This document shows, piece by piece, positions 29,706 through 41,368 of a stretch of DNA of 64,000 nucleotides (position 1 is the first letter of the stretch; every line of letters begins with the position of its first letter). The notes below the pieces were generated by a model. The model was given only the letters and a program-made list of their open reading frames with translations, had not been told where the DNA came from and did no database searches. This DNA comes from Candidatus Limnocylindrales bacterium (GTDB lineage Bacteria > Chloroflexota > Limnocylindria > Limnocylindrales > CSP1-4): NCBI GenBank assembly GCA_036558545.1, contig DATBFJ010000028.1, positions 4,259 through 68,258 on the forward strand, in the 5' to 3' direction. The position numbers were made by a program, and so were the translations under genes.

Positions 29706-30628
29706 AGATCGAGCTCCTGACGCGGTGACGACAGAACGCGAGCAGCCGTTCTGTGGCCCGACAAGGCCGCGCGGCGCAGGACGGGCGCGGATGGAGCGCC
29801 GACGATAAAGCCGCTGATGGCCAGTGAATACAGAAAACCTGCGTCGAACGCATCGCCGGCACCGGTCGTGTCCGTCGCGAGCAGTGGCTTGGTAGCGACC
29901 TCGATCTCCGCCACCGACCGCTGCGCAGCGCCGCGCCACAGGACTCGGCAGCCGCCCTGGCCGAGCTTGACGACCACCACGGGGGCGACGCCGAGCAGGC
30001 GTCGCGCCCCACCTCGGCCGACCAGCGCGGCGACCTCGTCACGGTTCGCAAACAGGATGTCCGGCCCGACGGCGCGCACCGCAGCGAGGCTCATGTCCGC
30101 TCCCGCGGCCAAGAGCGGTGCGCGCGATGCGAGGTCCACCGACACGAGGCCACCTCTCCGGCGCACCAGCCTGCTTGCGTGCACACAGGCCTCCGACGCG
30201 GGCAACTTGAGCAGCGAGTAGGCAGGCAAGTGCAGCACATTTGCGCGCGCGAACCAGCTCGGCTTGAACGAGGAGACGGCGAGCGAATCGGCCACTCCCC
30301 TTTCAGTTACGAACGACCGCTCACCGCGTGCAGAGACGAGCACGGCCAGCCGTGGAGTCGGTCCCGCGGTCCTGATCGCATGCACGCTGACGTGGGAGGC
30401 GCGATGCGCCGCAATGAGTCGGCCGCTCAGCGAGTCGTTGCCCGCGGCGCACACCAGCGCAGCCTTGCCTCCGAGATCCACAAACGCCCTGCACGTGTTG
30501 CCGGCCGACCCGCCCAGGCGGAAGCGCACCGATCCGGGTACGTCGGTGCCCAACTCCACGTCGGCACTGGCACGCACGACGACATCGAGCATCAGGTCGC
30601 CGATACACACAATTCGCGGCTTCTTCAT
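29702..30628 (-). CDS. psuK: PfkB-family carbohydrate kinase, probable pseudouridine kinase
   Basis: It begins MKKPRIVCIGDLMLDVVV and has the C-terminal PfkB motif DTTGAGDAF. It is coupled to psuG. Confidence 0.8.
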   Translation of the reverse strand: MKKPRIVCIGDLMLDVVVRASADVELGTDVPGSVRFRLGGSAGNTCRAFVDLGGKAALVCAAGNDSLSGRLIAAHRASHVSVHAIRTAGPTPRLAVLVSARGERSFVTERGVADSLAVSSFKPSWFARANVLHLPAYSLLKLPASEACVHASRLVRRRGGLVSVDLASRAPLLAAGADMSLAAVRAVGPDILFANRDEVAALVGRGGARRLLGVAPVVVVKLGQGGCRVLWRGAAQRSVAEIEVATKPLLATDTTGAGDAFDAGFLYSLAISGFIVGAPSAPVLRRAALSGHRTAARVLSSPRQELDL

Positions 30629-30743
30629 CAGGGGGCGGGCAATGATATGACTGCGCAACACTGCGGAAACAAGAGGGGTTTAGCCTACGCAGCGAAGACG
30701 GAATGACGGTATTGGAGATGCCGCAGGTGAAGGAATTACGGCG

Positions 30744-32633
30744 ATGGCAGTGAACACACAGGACGAAGTCGCAACCGCCCAGCCCGACTACGCCGCGTGG
30801 CGCGCCCTCGCACAGCAATTCCGCGTCGATTCGATTCGCGTCGCCGCGAATGCTAATAGCGGCCACCCAACCTCGAGCATGTCGGCCGCAGAGCTGATGT
30901 CCGTGCTCGTGAGCAAGTACTTTCGCTACCGCGTCGATGAGCCCAGGTCGCCGAACAACGACCACCTGATCTTTTCGAAGGGCCACGCCTCGCCACTGTT
31001 CTATGCCCTGTGGCTGGCCATGGGCGCGATCAGCGAGACGGAGATGGAAACGTACCGGCTCAAGGGCAGCCGCCTCGAGGGCCACCCGACGCCAGTTCTG
31101 CCCTTCGTCGACGTGGCCACCGGATCGTTGGGTCAGGGCCTGCCTGTTGGGGTAGGCGTCGCGCTGGCGGGCAAGAACCTCGATCGGCTCGATTACCGCA
31201 CCTGGGTCCTGTGCGGCGACAGCGAGATGGCCGAAGGCTCCATCTGGGAGGCGCTCGCCCAGGCGAGCTTCAACAACCTCGACAACCTCACCGCGATCAT
31301 TGACGTGAACCGCCTCGGCCAGACCGGTCCGACTCGCTACGAGTGGGATCTGGACCTGTACTCGGATCGCATCCGTTCGTTCGGCTGGCACGCCATCGAG
31401 GTGGATGGCCATGACGTCGAGGCAGTCGATCGCGCGTACGCGGAGGCAATCGCTACCAAGGGCAAGCCGACCGCGATCGTGGCCAGGACCGTCAAGGGCA
31501 AGGGTGTGTCCTGGGAAGAGAACAAGAACGGCTACCACGGCAAGCCGATCGATGACTCGTCCGACGCCATTCGCGAACTCGGCGGTCAGACGGCGATTCG
31601 GATCAACCCGCCGGCACCGGACGAAAGCGCCAAGGCCCACAGGTTCGCCGGCGGCGAGCTGAAGCTACCGACCTACGACAAGGGAGCCAAGGTCGCCACG
31701 CGCAAGGCATATGGTGATGCGCTCGCCGCGCTCGGGGCAGCCGATGGCACGGTCGTGGCACTCGACGGCGAGGTGGGCAACTCGACGTACACGGAAACCT
31801 TCGCGGACAAGTTTCCGGAGCGCTTCTTCCAGATGTACATCGCCGAGCAGCAGATGATCGGTGCCGCAGTGGGCATGCAGGTGCGCGGCTGGAAGCCATT
31901 CAGCGCCACATTCGCGGCTTTCATGAGCCGGGCGTATGACTTCGTCCGGATGGCCGCGGTCAGCCAGGCCAACCTGTACCTGTGCGGGTCTCACGCAGGA
32001 GTGTCGATCGGCGAGGACGGCCCATCTCAAATGGGTCTCGAGGACATCGCCTCGCTGCGCGCCGTCCACGGCTCCACGGTTCTCTATCCATCCGACCCGA
32101 ACCAGACAGCGCGGCTCCTGGCACTGATGACCAACAACCCCGGGATCAATTACATGCGAACGACGCGTCAGGCGTTGCCCGTCATCTATGGCGCCGACGA
32201 GAAGTTCGAGATCGGCGGCAGCAGGGTGCTCAGGTCATCTGACAGCGACGACGTGACGATCGTCGGTGCCGGCATCACCCTGCACGAGGCACTGGCGGCG
32301 GCGGATACGCTGGCCAACGACGGGCTGAGCGCTCGCGTAATCGATTTGTATTCGATCAAGCCCCTCGACAAGGAGACGCTGCTGGCCGCGGCGCGCCAGA
32401 CCGGGCACGTGCTGACCGTTGAGGACCACTGGCCGGAGGGCGGCCTGGGCGAGGCCGTATTCAGCACGCTCGCCGAAGCAGGTGTCAACGTCACCGGCAA
32501 GTTGCTCGCGGTGCGCATCATGGCCGGTTCCGCCACTCCGCAAGAGCAGCTCGCTCTCGCCAAGATCGACGCCGCCGCCATCGTCAAGGCGGCACATGAG
32601 CTGGTCAGCAGCAGCAAGGGAAAGAAAAAGTGA
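30744..32633 (+). CDS. tkt: Transketolase
   Basis: It has SGHPTSSMSAAE, a ThDP-binding block GDSEMAEGSIWEA, and Pyr and C-terminal domains. It is 629 aa. Confidence 0.95.
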   Translation: MAVNTQDEVATAQPDYAAWRALAQQFRVDSIRVAANANSGHPTSSMSAAELMSVLVSKYFRYRVDEPRSPNNDHLIFSKGHASPLFYALWLAMGAISETEMETYRLKGSRLEGHPTPVLPFVDVATGSLGQGLPVGVGVALAGKNLDRLDYRTWVLCGDSEMAEGSIWEALAQASFNNLDNLTAIIDVNRLGQTGPTRYEWDLDLYSDRIRSFGWHAIEVDGHDVEAVDRAYAEAIATKGKPTAIVARTVKGKGVSWEENKNGYHGKPIDDSSDAIRELGGQTAIRINPPAPDESAKAHRFAGGELKLPTYDKGAKVATRKAYGDALAALGAADGTVVALDGEVGNSTYTETFADKFPERFFQMYIAEQQMIGAAVGMQVRGWKPFSATFAAFMSRAYDFVRMAAVSQANLYLCGSHAGVSIGEDGPSQMGLEDIASLRAVHGSTVLYPSDPNQTARLLALMTNNPGINYMRTTRQALPVIYGADEKFEIGGSRVLRSSDSDDVTIVGAGITLHEALAAADTLANDGLSARVIDLYSIKPLDKETLLAAARQTGHVLTVEDHWPEGGLGEAVFSTLAEAGVNVTGKLLAVRIMAGSATPQEQLALAKIDAAAIVKAAHELVSSSKGKKK

Positions 32634-34396
32634 CCGAGATGGCGGCGGCACCCGCGCACGGAACGCGAATTCCGGCCGACATCCAGGCGCTGATCGACGA
32701 GACGCTCAAACGTGCCGTCGACGAAAACTGGGCCGAGCGCATCTGGGCCGGCGACACATCCGTCTGGACGGACGACGCGAAGGTCGCGGCACTGATCTCC
32801 AATCGCCTCGGCTGGCTCGACCTGCCGACCAGGTTTGCGGAGGAGGTCGATGCCCTGGAGGCGTTCGCGGGCGAGATTCGGGACGAAGGCCTCATTCGCG
32901 CTGTCGTGGCCGGAATGGGCGGCTCTTCATTGGCACCGGCCGTACTCGCGGCAGCGATCGGTCCCGAAGGTCAGGGCATCACCGTCGACGTGCTCGACTC
33001 GACGGACCCCGATGCGGTCCGCGCGGCCACCGACGCATCCGATCCGAACGGGACGCTGTACATCATCTCGTCAAAGTCGGGCACCACCACCGAGCCGCTC
33101 GCCTTCCTGGCCCATTTCTGGAATGTCGTCGCAGAGAGCCACAGGCACATCCACCACGGCCAGCCCGGTCTCCATTTCGTGGCCGTCACGGACCCGGCAC
33201 CGAGCGTCACCCACATTCCACATGCCGACGAGTTCCGCGAGCTGTTCCTGAACCAGGAGGACGTCGGCGGCCGCTACAGCGCGCTGTCGTACGTGGGTCT
33301 CGTGCCCGGCGCATTGATGGGTATCGATCTGCGCGCGCTCCTGGCCGACGCCGCGCAGACGGCCGAACGCTGCCGGCACAACAGTGACAACAACCCCGGG
33401 CTATGGCTCGGCGTGGTGATGGGCACGCTGGCGCGCGCCGGTCGCGACAAGCTGACCCTCGTTATCGAGCCGCGCTTCGCCGCCCTGGGAATGTGGATCG
33501 AGCAGCTCGTCGCCGAGAGTACCGGCAAACATGGAATAGGCATCCTGCCCGTCGACGGCGAAGCGCTCGGCGACCCAGGCGTCTATCAGGATGACCGGGT
33601 ATTCGTCCGGGTTGCGACCGGCGCGGATCCGGCCTGGCAGGCGACCACAGACGCAATGCTGGCCACGCTGGCGGAGGCCGGCCATCCGGTGCTCTACCTG
33701 TCGATGCTCGGCGGCGAAGGCGCCCTCGGCGGCGAGTTCTTCCGCTGGGAGTTCGCCACGGCCGTCGCCGGGGCCGTGCTTGGTATCAACCCGTTCGATG
33801 AGCCAAACGTCACCGAGTCGAAGGACAACACCAAGCGTGTCCTGGAGCAATACCAGCGCGACCACAAGCTGCCGGCGGACCCGCCGCTGAGCAGCGACGG
33901 CCGCCTGAGCCTGAGCGGTGATGCGCCGTTGCGACTCTCGGGTGCGGACGGCGGTCTCGTCGCGGAGCTGCGCCGGCACCTGGCGCGCGCGCGCAAGAAC
34001 GGCTACTTCGCGCTGCAGGCCTACATCGCGCCGACGGATGCGCGCGCCCGGGCGTTGCGCGACATCGCGACTCTGTTGCGCGACAAATCTGGTCGTGCCG
34101 TGACCGTTGGCTTCGGACCACGGTTCCTGCACTCCACAGGACAGGAGCACAAGGGCGGCGCCCCGATCGGCTGTTTCCTGCAGCTCACCGCGAGCCACCC
34201 GAACGACCTTGAGATCCACGGCTGGCACGAGACGTTCGGAACGCTCATTGACGCCCAGGCAGTGGGTGACTTCATCTCGCTCGAGTCGCACGATCTGCCG
34301 GTGGCGCGAATCAACCTCTCCGACGATCCGGATACTGGACTCGCCGAGCTGCACGCGGCCTTCGAGCAGGCACTCCGCGAGCCGCTCGCGCGCTAA
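32630..34396 (+). CDS. pgi: Glucose-6-phosphate isomerase (long form found in OPP operons)
   Basis: It has SIS-domain blocks (VVAGMGGSSLAP, YIISSKSGTTTEP, GGRYSALS). A GTGA overlap joins it to the tkt stop. Confidence 0.85.
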   Translation: MTEMAAAPAHGTRIPADIQALIDETLKRAVDENWAERIWAGDTSVWTDDAKVAALISNRLGWLDLPTRFAEEVDALEAFAGEIRDEGLIRAVVAGMGGSSLAPAVLAAAIGPEGQGITVDVLDSTDPDAVRAATDASDPNGTLYIISSKSGTTTEPLAFLAHFWNVVAESHRHIHHGQPGLHFVAVTDPAPSVTHIPHADEFRELFLNQEDVGGRYSALSYVGLVPGALMGIDLRALLADAAQTAERCRHNSDNNPGLWLGVVMGTLARAGRDKLTLVIEPRFAALGMWIEQLVAESTGKHGIGILPVDGEALGDPGVYQDDRVFVRVATGADPAWQATTDAMLATLAEAGHPVLYLSMLGGEGALGGEFFRWEFATAVAGAVLGINPFDEPNVTESKDNTKRVLEQYQRDHKLPADPPLSSDGRLSLSGDAPLRLSGADGGLVAELRRHLARARKNGYFALQAYIAPTDARARALRDIATLLRDKSGRAVTVGFGPRFLHSTGQEHKGGAPIGCFLQLTASHPNDLEIHGWHETFGTLIDAQAVGDFISLESHDLPVARINLSDDPDTGLAELHAAFEQALREPLAR

Positions 34397-34430
34397 CCGT
34401 CACCAACCCAACGCCCAAAGGAGAACGCAC

Positions 34431-35333
34431 TTGGAGCTCGCGATCGTCGGTCTCGGCCGGATGGGCGGCAACATGGCTCGCCGGCTGCACCAGGCTGGTC
34501 ATCGGGTCGTCGCCTTCAATCGGTCGCCCGACAAGACGCGCGAAATCATGGGCGAGGGATTGGAGGGCGGTTTCACTCCAGCGGACGTGGTCAAGATGCT
34601 GACCAAGCCGCGCGTCGTCTGGCTGATGGTTCCAGCAGGCGACGCCACCGAGCAGACGATGGAGGAGTTCGCGGCACTGCTCGAGCCGGGCGACACGATC
34701 GTCGACGGCGGCAACTCGAACTTCAAGGACTCCAAGCGTCGCCACGAGCTGATGAAGGCCAAAGGCATCAACTTCGTCGATGCCGGCATCAGCGGCGGCA
34801 TATGGGGCCTGGTCAACGGATACGGCACGATGGTCGGCGGCGATCCAGAGGCAGTCACACCGCTTGAGCCGATCTTCACGTCGCTCGCGCCGCCAGATGG
34901 CGGCTACGTCTACTGCGGCCCTTCGGGCGCCGGCCACTACACCAAGATGGTTCACAACGGCATCGAGTACGGGTTGATGCAGGCGTACGCCGAGGGCTTC
35001 GAGATCATGCACGCCTCGGAGTACCCGCTTGATCTCGAGAAGATCGCCAAAGCGTGGATGCACGGCACTGTCATCCGCTCGTGGCTGCTCGAACTGGCCG
35101 GTCGCGCGTTTGAGATGAACGGCACGGACCTGGCGGACATCAAAGGCTGGGTCGCCGACAGCGGCGAAGGTCGCTGGACCGTCCAGGATGCGATCGACCA
35201 CGACGTCCCGGCGCCGATCATCACGTTGTCGCTGCTGGCGCGCTTCTCGAGCCGCCAGGACGAGAGCTATTCGGCCAAGGTCCTCGCTGCGCTGCGCAAC
35301 CAGTTCGGTGGCCACGCAGTCAAGACGGAGTAG
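34431..35333 (+). CDS. gnd: 6-phosphogluconate dehydrogenase, decarboxylating (short Gnd/YqeC-like form)
   Basis: The TTG at 34431 lies behind AAGGAG. It has an LAIVGLGRMGGNMARRL Rossmann motif. It is 300 aa, and the longer track ORF is an upstream over-extension. Confidence 0.9.
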   Translation: MELAIVGLGRMGGNMARRLHQAGHRVVAFNRSPDKTREIMGEGLEGGFTPADVVKMLTKPRVVWLMVPAGDATEQTMEEFAALLEPGDTIVDGGNSNFKDSKRRHELMKAKGINFVDAGISGGIWGLVNGYGTMVGGDPEAVTPLEPIFTSLAPPDGGYVYCGPSGAGHYTKMVHNGIEYGLMQAYAEGFEIMHASEYPLDLEKIAKAWMHGTVIRSWLLELAGRAFEMNGTDLADIKGWVADSGEGRWTVQDAIDHDVPAPIITLSLLARFSSRQDESYSAKVLAALRNQFGGHAVKTE

Positions 35334-35342
35334 CGATAAGCC

Positions 35343-36995
<1,653 letters not shown>

Positions 36996-36998
36996 GCC

Positions 36999-38351
36999 AT
37001 GAGCAACGACGGCAAGACACCGACTTCCAACTCAGGCAAGATTCGATCGCTCTCTGCCCCGCCCGATAAGCCGCGGGCCGTTCCGGTCAGCGATCCCGAC
37101 TATGACGCCGCGACGACGACGCTAGAGCTGGATCCGACCACCTCGCGCTGGCACGTTCGCGCGACGAGCATCAGTCAGTGCGTCGAGAAGCTCGGCGAGG
37201 TTTGGACGGAAGCCGCCGACGAGGCATCGGCCAAGGAGACGCCCGCGGAGTCGCGCGAACAGGCGATGGCCGATCCGCGCCTGGCCAGCCGAATGGCCAA
37301 CGACAAGTCGGTGCGCGTGCGGATGCGCACGAGTGTGCTCACATTGGTCGTCCTGGCGCCGCGGCCGGAGTTGTCAGAACGCGCTCTTGCGGCGATCAAC
37401 GCGCTCCACCAGCGCCACCCCTCTCGCGCGATCGTCGTGTCGCCGGGCGATTTCGACGGCCCAGCGCACATGGATGCGCACATCTACGCGGAGTGCAAGC
37501 TCAATGACCGCGCCGGTGCCGAGATGTGCACCGAGCAGATTCTGATCAAGACGGGTGGTGAGCTGTCGCAGCATCTGGCCCGCGTGGTCACGCCACTGCT
37601 GATTCACGACCTTCCTGTTGTGCTTTGGTGGCCGGACGATCCGCCGTTTGGCACGCGCCAGTTCAACGAGGTGGTGGGAACGGCAGATCGACTGCTCGTC
37701 GACTCGGGCTCTTTCAACGAGGACGGCGGCAAGCGCATGGCCGGACTGGCGACGGTCGTGGCGAACGGAGTGTCCGTGACCGACATCGGCTGGCTGCGGC
37801 TGACGCTGTGGCGTGAGCTGCTCGCCGGCATGTTCGACCACCCGCTGCTCGTGCAGGAGCTGGACCACATCAAGAGCGTGCGCATCGACGTGGCGCGACC
37901 AACCTCGACGCTGCGCGTGTCGAAGGCCGCTTTCTACCTCGGCTGGCTCGGCTCTCGACTGAGATGGGAGGTGGCGCGGCCGTTGACGCGCGACGGGGGG
38001 CAGGACGACGACTACCTGCACGGGGCGTTCCGGCGAGGCAAGCGTGAGATCGAGGTCGAGATACGACCGGTGCGCTCGACACTTGACGGCGCGCAGCGCG
38101 CCGCGGGGTCGCTGGTGCGAGTTGACATAGAGGCCGTTCGCCCGCGCGCCACGGTCCGCGCCCGGATCACACGCCAGTCCGACCACCTGCTCGCGACAGC
38201 GGACTGGAACGGCGCGCAGGTTTCGCGCCGCGCCGGCCAGCTCGAGCCGTTCGACGAGACGCCGTTCATCGCCGAAGCGCTCGACTCACCGGGCCTCGAC
38301 CGGATTTTCGAAGGTGCGCTCACGCGCGCCGTCAGGCTCGTCAGTGGCTGA
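36999..38351 (+). CDS. opcA: Glucose-6-phosphate dehydrogenase assembly protein OpcA
   Basis: It is positioned immediately after zwf. It shows OpcA-like blocks (LTLVVLAP, PVVLWWPDDPPF). Confidence 0.85.
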   Translation: MSNDGKTPTSNSGKIRSLSAPPDKPRAVPVSDPDYDAATTTLELDPTTSRWHVRATSISQCVEKLGEVWTEAADEASAKETPAESREQAMADPRLASRMANDKSVRVRMRTSVLTLVVLAPRPELSERALAAINALHQRHPSRAIVVSPGDFDGPAHMDAHIYAECKLNDRAGAEMCTEQILIKTGGELSQHLARVVTPLLIHDLPVVLWWPDDPPFGTRQFNEVVGTADRLLVDSGSFNEDGGKRMAGLATVVANGVSVTDIGWLRLTLWRELLAGMFDHPLLVQELDHIKSVRIDVARPTSTLRVSKAAFYLGWLGSRLRWEVARPLTRDGGQDDDYLHGAFRRGKREIEVEIRPVRSTLDGAQRAAGSLVRVDIEAVRPRATVRARITRQSDHLLATADWNGAQVSRRAGQLEPFDETPFIAEALDSPGLDRIFEGALTRAVRLVSG

Positions 38352-39195
38352 CGAGCGCCTGGGCGGCGCGCAGCTCGTCGTCGTCGAGGACGAGGCGGCT
38401 GTTGCGGCTGAAGCGGCAACGCGCGTAGTCGCCGCGCTGGGCGACGCAGTAGCCCAGCGCGGAGCCGCGCACATCGCGTTGACCGGCGGATCGGCGGCCG
38501 TGCCCCTGTACAAGGAGCTGCGAAAACCCTTCAACCGCACCGCAGTTGACTGGACGAAGGTTCATCTGTGGTGGGGCGACGACCGGTTCGTGCCCATCGA
38601 CCACCCGGCTTCCAACGCCGGTGTCGCCTACGAGTTGCTGCTCGACCTATCGGAAAAGGCCGGCCTTTCGGGCGAGGGCGGTCAGTACGACGACGTGGCG
38701 GTGGGCGAGATCCCGGGCATCGACATCGACGCCGAAAACGTCCATCCGATCAATGTCGACGAGACGCTCAGCGACGACGAACCCGTTGAGCTGGCTGCGG
38801 AGCTCTACTTGCGCGAGCTCAACCGCTACGTTCCGCTCGCGAAGGGTGGAATCCCGGTCTTTGACGTGATCCTGCTTGGAATTGGCCCGGACGGGCACAC
38901 GCTGTCACTCTTTCCCGGCTCGCCCGGTCTGGCACCCGATGCGCCCATAGTCCTGGGCGTACCTGCTCCCGAACATGTCGAGCCGCACATTGCGCGCGTC
39001 ACGCTGGCCGCCCGCGTGCTTCCGGCCGCTCGCGCAGTGATCGTCATGTCCGCGGGCGAAGAAAAGGCCAGCGTATTGGCGCAAGTCCTGGGCGATGACC
39101 TCGACGTCGCGCGCTGGCCTGCGCAGTCGGCGCTCCTGCCCAACGCTGTGTGGGTCCTCGACCGGGCCGCTGCATCGATGGCGAGCGTGACCTAG
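38344..39195 (+). CDS. pgl: 6-phosphogluconolactonase
   Basis: It has HIALTGGSAAVPLY...WWGDDRFVP...DVILLGIGPDGHTLSLFP. The GTG at 38344 overlaps the opcA stop by 8 nt. The track start is 38314. Confidence 0.85.
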   Translation: MADERLGGAQLVVVEDEAAVAAEAATRVVAALGDAVAQRGAAHIALTGGSAAVPLYKELRKPFNRTAVDWTKVHLWWGDDRFVPIDHPASNAGVAYELLLDLSEKAGLSGEGGQYDDVAVGEIPGIDIDAENVHPINVDETLSDDEPVELAAELYLRELNRYVPLAKGGIPVFDVILLGIGPDGHTLSLFPGSPGLAPDAPIVLGVPAPEHVEPHIARVTLAARVLPAARAVIVMSAGEEKASVLAQVLGDDLDVARWPAQSALLPNAVWVLDRAAASMASVT

Positions 39196-39317
39196 AGCGC
39201 TGAAACTGGCGCCGTGGACTCCAGCGGTGCTGAGCATTCCCTGCAACATCGGCGCTATTTCTATACAAGCGTTTCGCTTGCGTTAGTGGCCTACCCTGTC
39301 GCAACGGAGGTGAGGTC

Positions 39318-40319
39318 GTGATCGGTCGGTTGTTTGCTCGTATCGTGAACGCACAGGCTGGCTGGGCCAGGCCGTTCGGGGACTTCAACGTGCGCTGGAT
39401 CGGAGCGCTGCTGCGCCCCATTCGGCCGATCAAGAACTTCCTGAATGGCAAGTGGCTGGGCCATTCGATCCACGCCGTGCTGACGGACGTTCCGATAGGC
39501 GCATTGACCCTGGTTATCGTCTTCGACTTTCTCGACGCCGCGGGAACCGCGAGCCTGCGCACGGCGGCCGACGTCACACTCGCCTTTGGCATCCTGGCGA
39601 TGCTCGGCGCCGCCGTCGCCGGGGCCGCCGACTACATGGACACGGACGACGAACCACGCGTCGTTGCGACCGTCCACTCGACGTTCATGGTCGTTGCCCT
39701 GATCGTCTATCTCATCTCGCTGGCCCTGCGCCTTGGCTCACCGACGGGCGAGCGCACCGTCCCCATCGCCCTGTCGGTTATCGCGTACCTGATAGTCGCC
39801 TTTGCCGCGTGGGTCGGAGGCGAGGTCGTGTACGGCTTCGGCAACATGGTCAACCGTCACGCCTGGCGCTTTGGCGCCAAGTCCAGCTGGGTCAAACTGG
39901 ACGTGACGGAGATCCCGGAGAACACGCCAACCGCCGCCAAGGCGGGCGCGCAGACGCTCGTGCTGGTTCGTCAGGGAGAAACGGTCTACGCCATGCACTC
40001 CGTGTGCGCCCATGCGGGTGGCCCCTTGCCGGAGGGCAAGATCGTCGATGGCGGCATCGAGTGCCCGTGGCACCAATCCCGGTTCGAGCTGGCGACGGGC
40101 CGTGCCAAGCAGGGCCCCACGACCTACGACCAGCCCATTTACGACGTGCGCCCGGCCGAAGGCGGCGGCTGGGAGGTCAAGCGCGTCATCCCGAGCAAGC
40201 CGATCGAAGTTTCGGCCGGCGCGGGCGCTCACACCTCAGCAACCGCCAGCGCCGGCGATCTCGTCCAGACCGGTGAGCCACGCAGCTGGCGCGGCGACCG
40301 GCCCGGCCACAGCGCCTAG
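39318..40319 (+). CDS. Membrane protein with an N-terminal DUF2231-like TM domain fused to a C-terminal Rieske [2Fe-2S] domain
   Basis: It has four predicted TM helices followed by CAHAGGPL...CPWHQSRF (the Rieske CxH...CxxH motif). SD GGAGGTGAGG lies upstream. Confidence 0.7.
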   Translation: MIGRLFARIVNAQAGWARPFGDFNVRWIGALLRPIRPIKNFLNGKWLGHSIHAVLTDVPIGALTLVIVFDFLDAAGTASLRTAADVTLAFGILAMLGAAVAGAADYMDTDDEPRVVATVHSTFMVVALIVYLISLALRLGSPTGERTVPIALSVIAYLIVAFAAWVGGEVVYGFGNMVNRHAWRFGAKSSWVKLDVTEIPENTPTAAKAGAQTLVLVRQGETVYAMHSVCAHAGGPLPEGKIVDGGIECPWHQSRFELATGRAKQGPTTYDQPIYDVRPAEGGGWEVKRVIPSKPIEVSAGAGAHTSATASAGDLVQTGEPRSWRGDRPGHSA

Positions 40320-41368
40320 CGCAGCAGCGGAACGCTCAGCGACGCGAGAACGACACCGACGATCTGCAGCGGCCGAAGCCGCTCGTGCAGGAACAGGGCG
40401 GCGAGCAACGCCGTGACCACGGGATAGAGCGAGGACAGAACGACCGCCACGGACAACGCGTCCGCGCGCGTTGCGAGCACGAAGAAGCCATTGCCTCCGA
40501 GGTCGCCCAATCCACAAACAAGTACGACCGGGACGGCAACGCCGAGTGGCACGGCGCGGGCGCGCAGCCTGGGTAGCCCGAGAGTCACGTCGAGCCGGCG
40601 TTTCCAGGTGCGCTCGCGCGCCCGCGCCGCTACGACGAGCACCGCGCTGATCGTGATCACGAAGCCAACGACGCGGACGATCACGATCGGCCACCACGTC
40701 TCGCCGTTGGTCGTCGCATGACTCAGAAACACGAAGAAGAGTCCGAAGCCGAGCCCTGCTATGAGCACGGACGGCAGTTGATGCACGTCGATGCGCACAA
40801 GGCGTCGCTCGTCGCTGGTGCGCTCACCGCCCGGCAGCGAGATGAGCACAACGGCGGTGAGCGCGAGCGCCATGCCCGCACCGCGGCCGCCGTCGATGGC
40901 TTCGCCCGAGATGACGCCCACGAGCACGGGCAACCCGGCACCGATCAGCGCCGACAGAGGCGCAACGACACCCATCGTGCCGCGCGAAAGCGCGTAGTAG
41001 AAGGCGCCAAGACCGGCGACGCCGCAGGCGCCGGCAAGCGCCGACCAGGCAATCGAGTTCGTCGACGACACTGGCTCGCCGGCCGCGATCGCGAGGACGA
41101 GTCCCAGTAGCAGACCAACGGCCTCGCTGGCCATGATCGCGACAAAAACGCTCGAAAACCGACTGATCAGGCCGCCGGCGAAGTCACCCGTGCCCCACGA
41201 CAGGGCGGAAAGCAGCCCAAAGATAGGGCCGCCGAGACTCAGTGGTCCTCCGGCGGCCAGAGTGGAGAGACGGGCGGCGCAGGCTTGCTGGTGGCGGGTC
41301 GGCCGCCCGTGCTCGTGTTGTCGGATGCTGCGGGTGCAGCTTCGGAAGGCAGCGTCGACGGTGTCCAC
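40316..41368 (-). CDS. EamA/DMT-family transporter (10-TM drug/metabolite transporter). Coordinates are the longest canonical ORF; the real start is possibly at 41242
   Basis: It has two EamA-like halves (SALSWGTGDFAGG..., GDLGGNGFFVLATR...). The first 42 codons overlap the upstream ATPase gene and are Arg-rich. Confidence 0.75.
   Translation of the reverse strand: MDTVDAAFRSCTRSIRQHEHGRPTRHQQACAARLSTLAAGGPLSLGGPIFGLLSALSWGTGDFAGGLISRFSSVFVAIMASEAVGLLLGLVLAIAAGEPVSSTNSIAWSALAGACGVAGLGAFYYALSRGTMGVVAPLSALIGAGLPVLVGVISGEAIDGGRGAGMALALTAVVLISLPGGERTSDERRLVRIDVHQLPSVLIAGLGFGLFFVFLSHATTNGETWWPIVIVRVVGFVITISAVLVVAARARERTWKRRLDVTLGLPRLRARAVPLGVAVPVVLVCGLGDLGGNGFFVLATRADALSVAVVLSSLYPVVTALLAALFLHERLRPLQIVGVVLASLSVPLLR

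Noticed and set aside
39266-39280. The hairpin CAAGCG-ttt-CGCTTG downstream of pgl, considered as an operon terminator.
   Set aside because: It has only a 6-bp stem with no following U-tract. It sits in the AT-richer region just upstream of the next gene, so it could equally be promoter or operator sequence. It is too weak to call.
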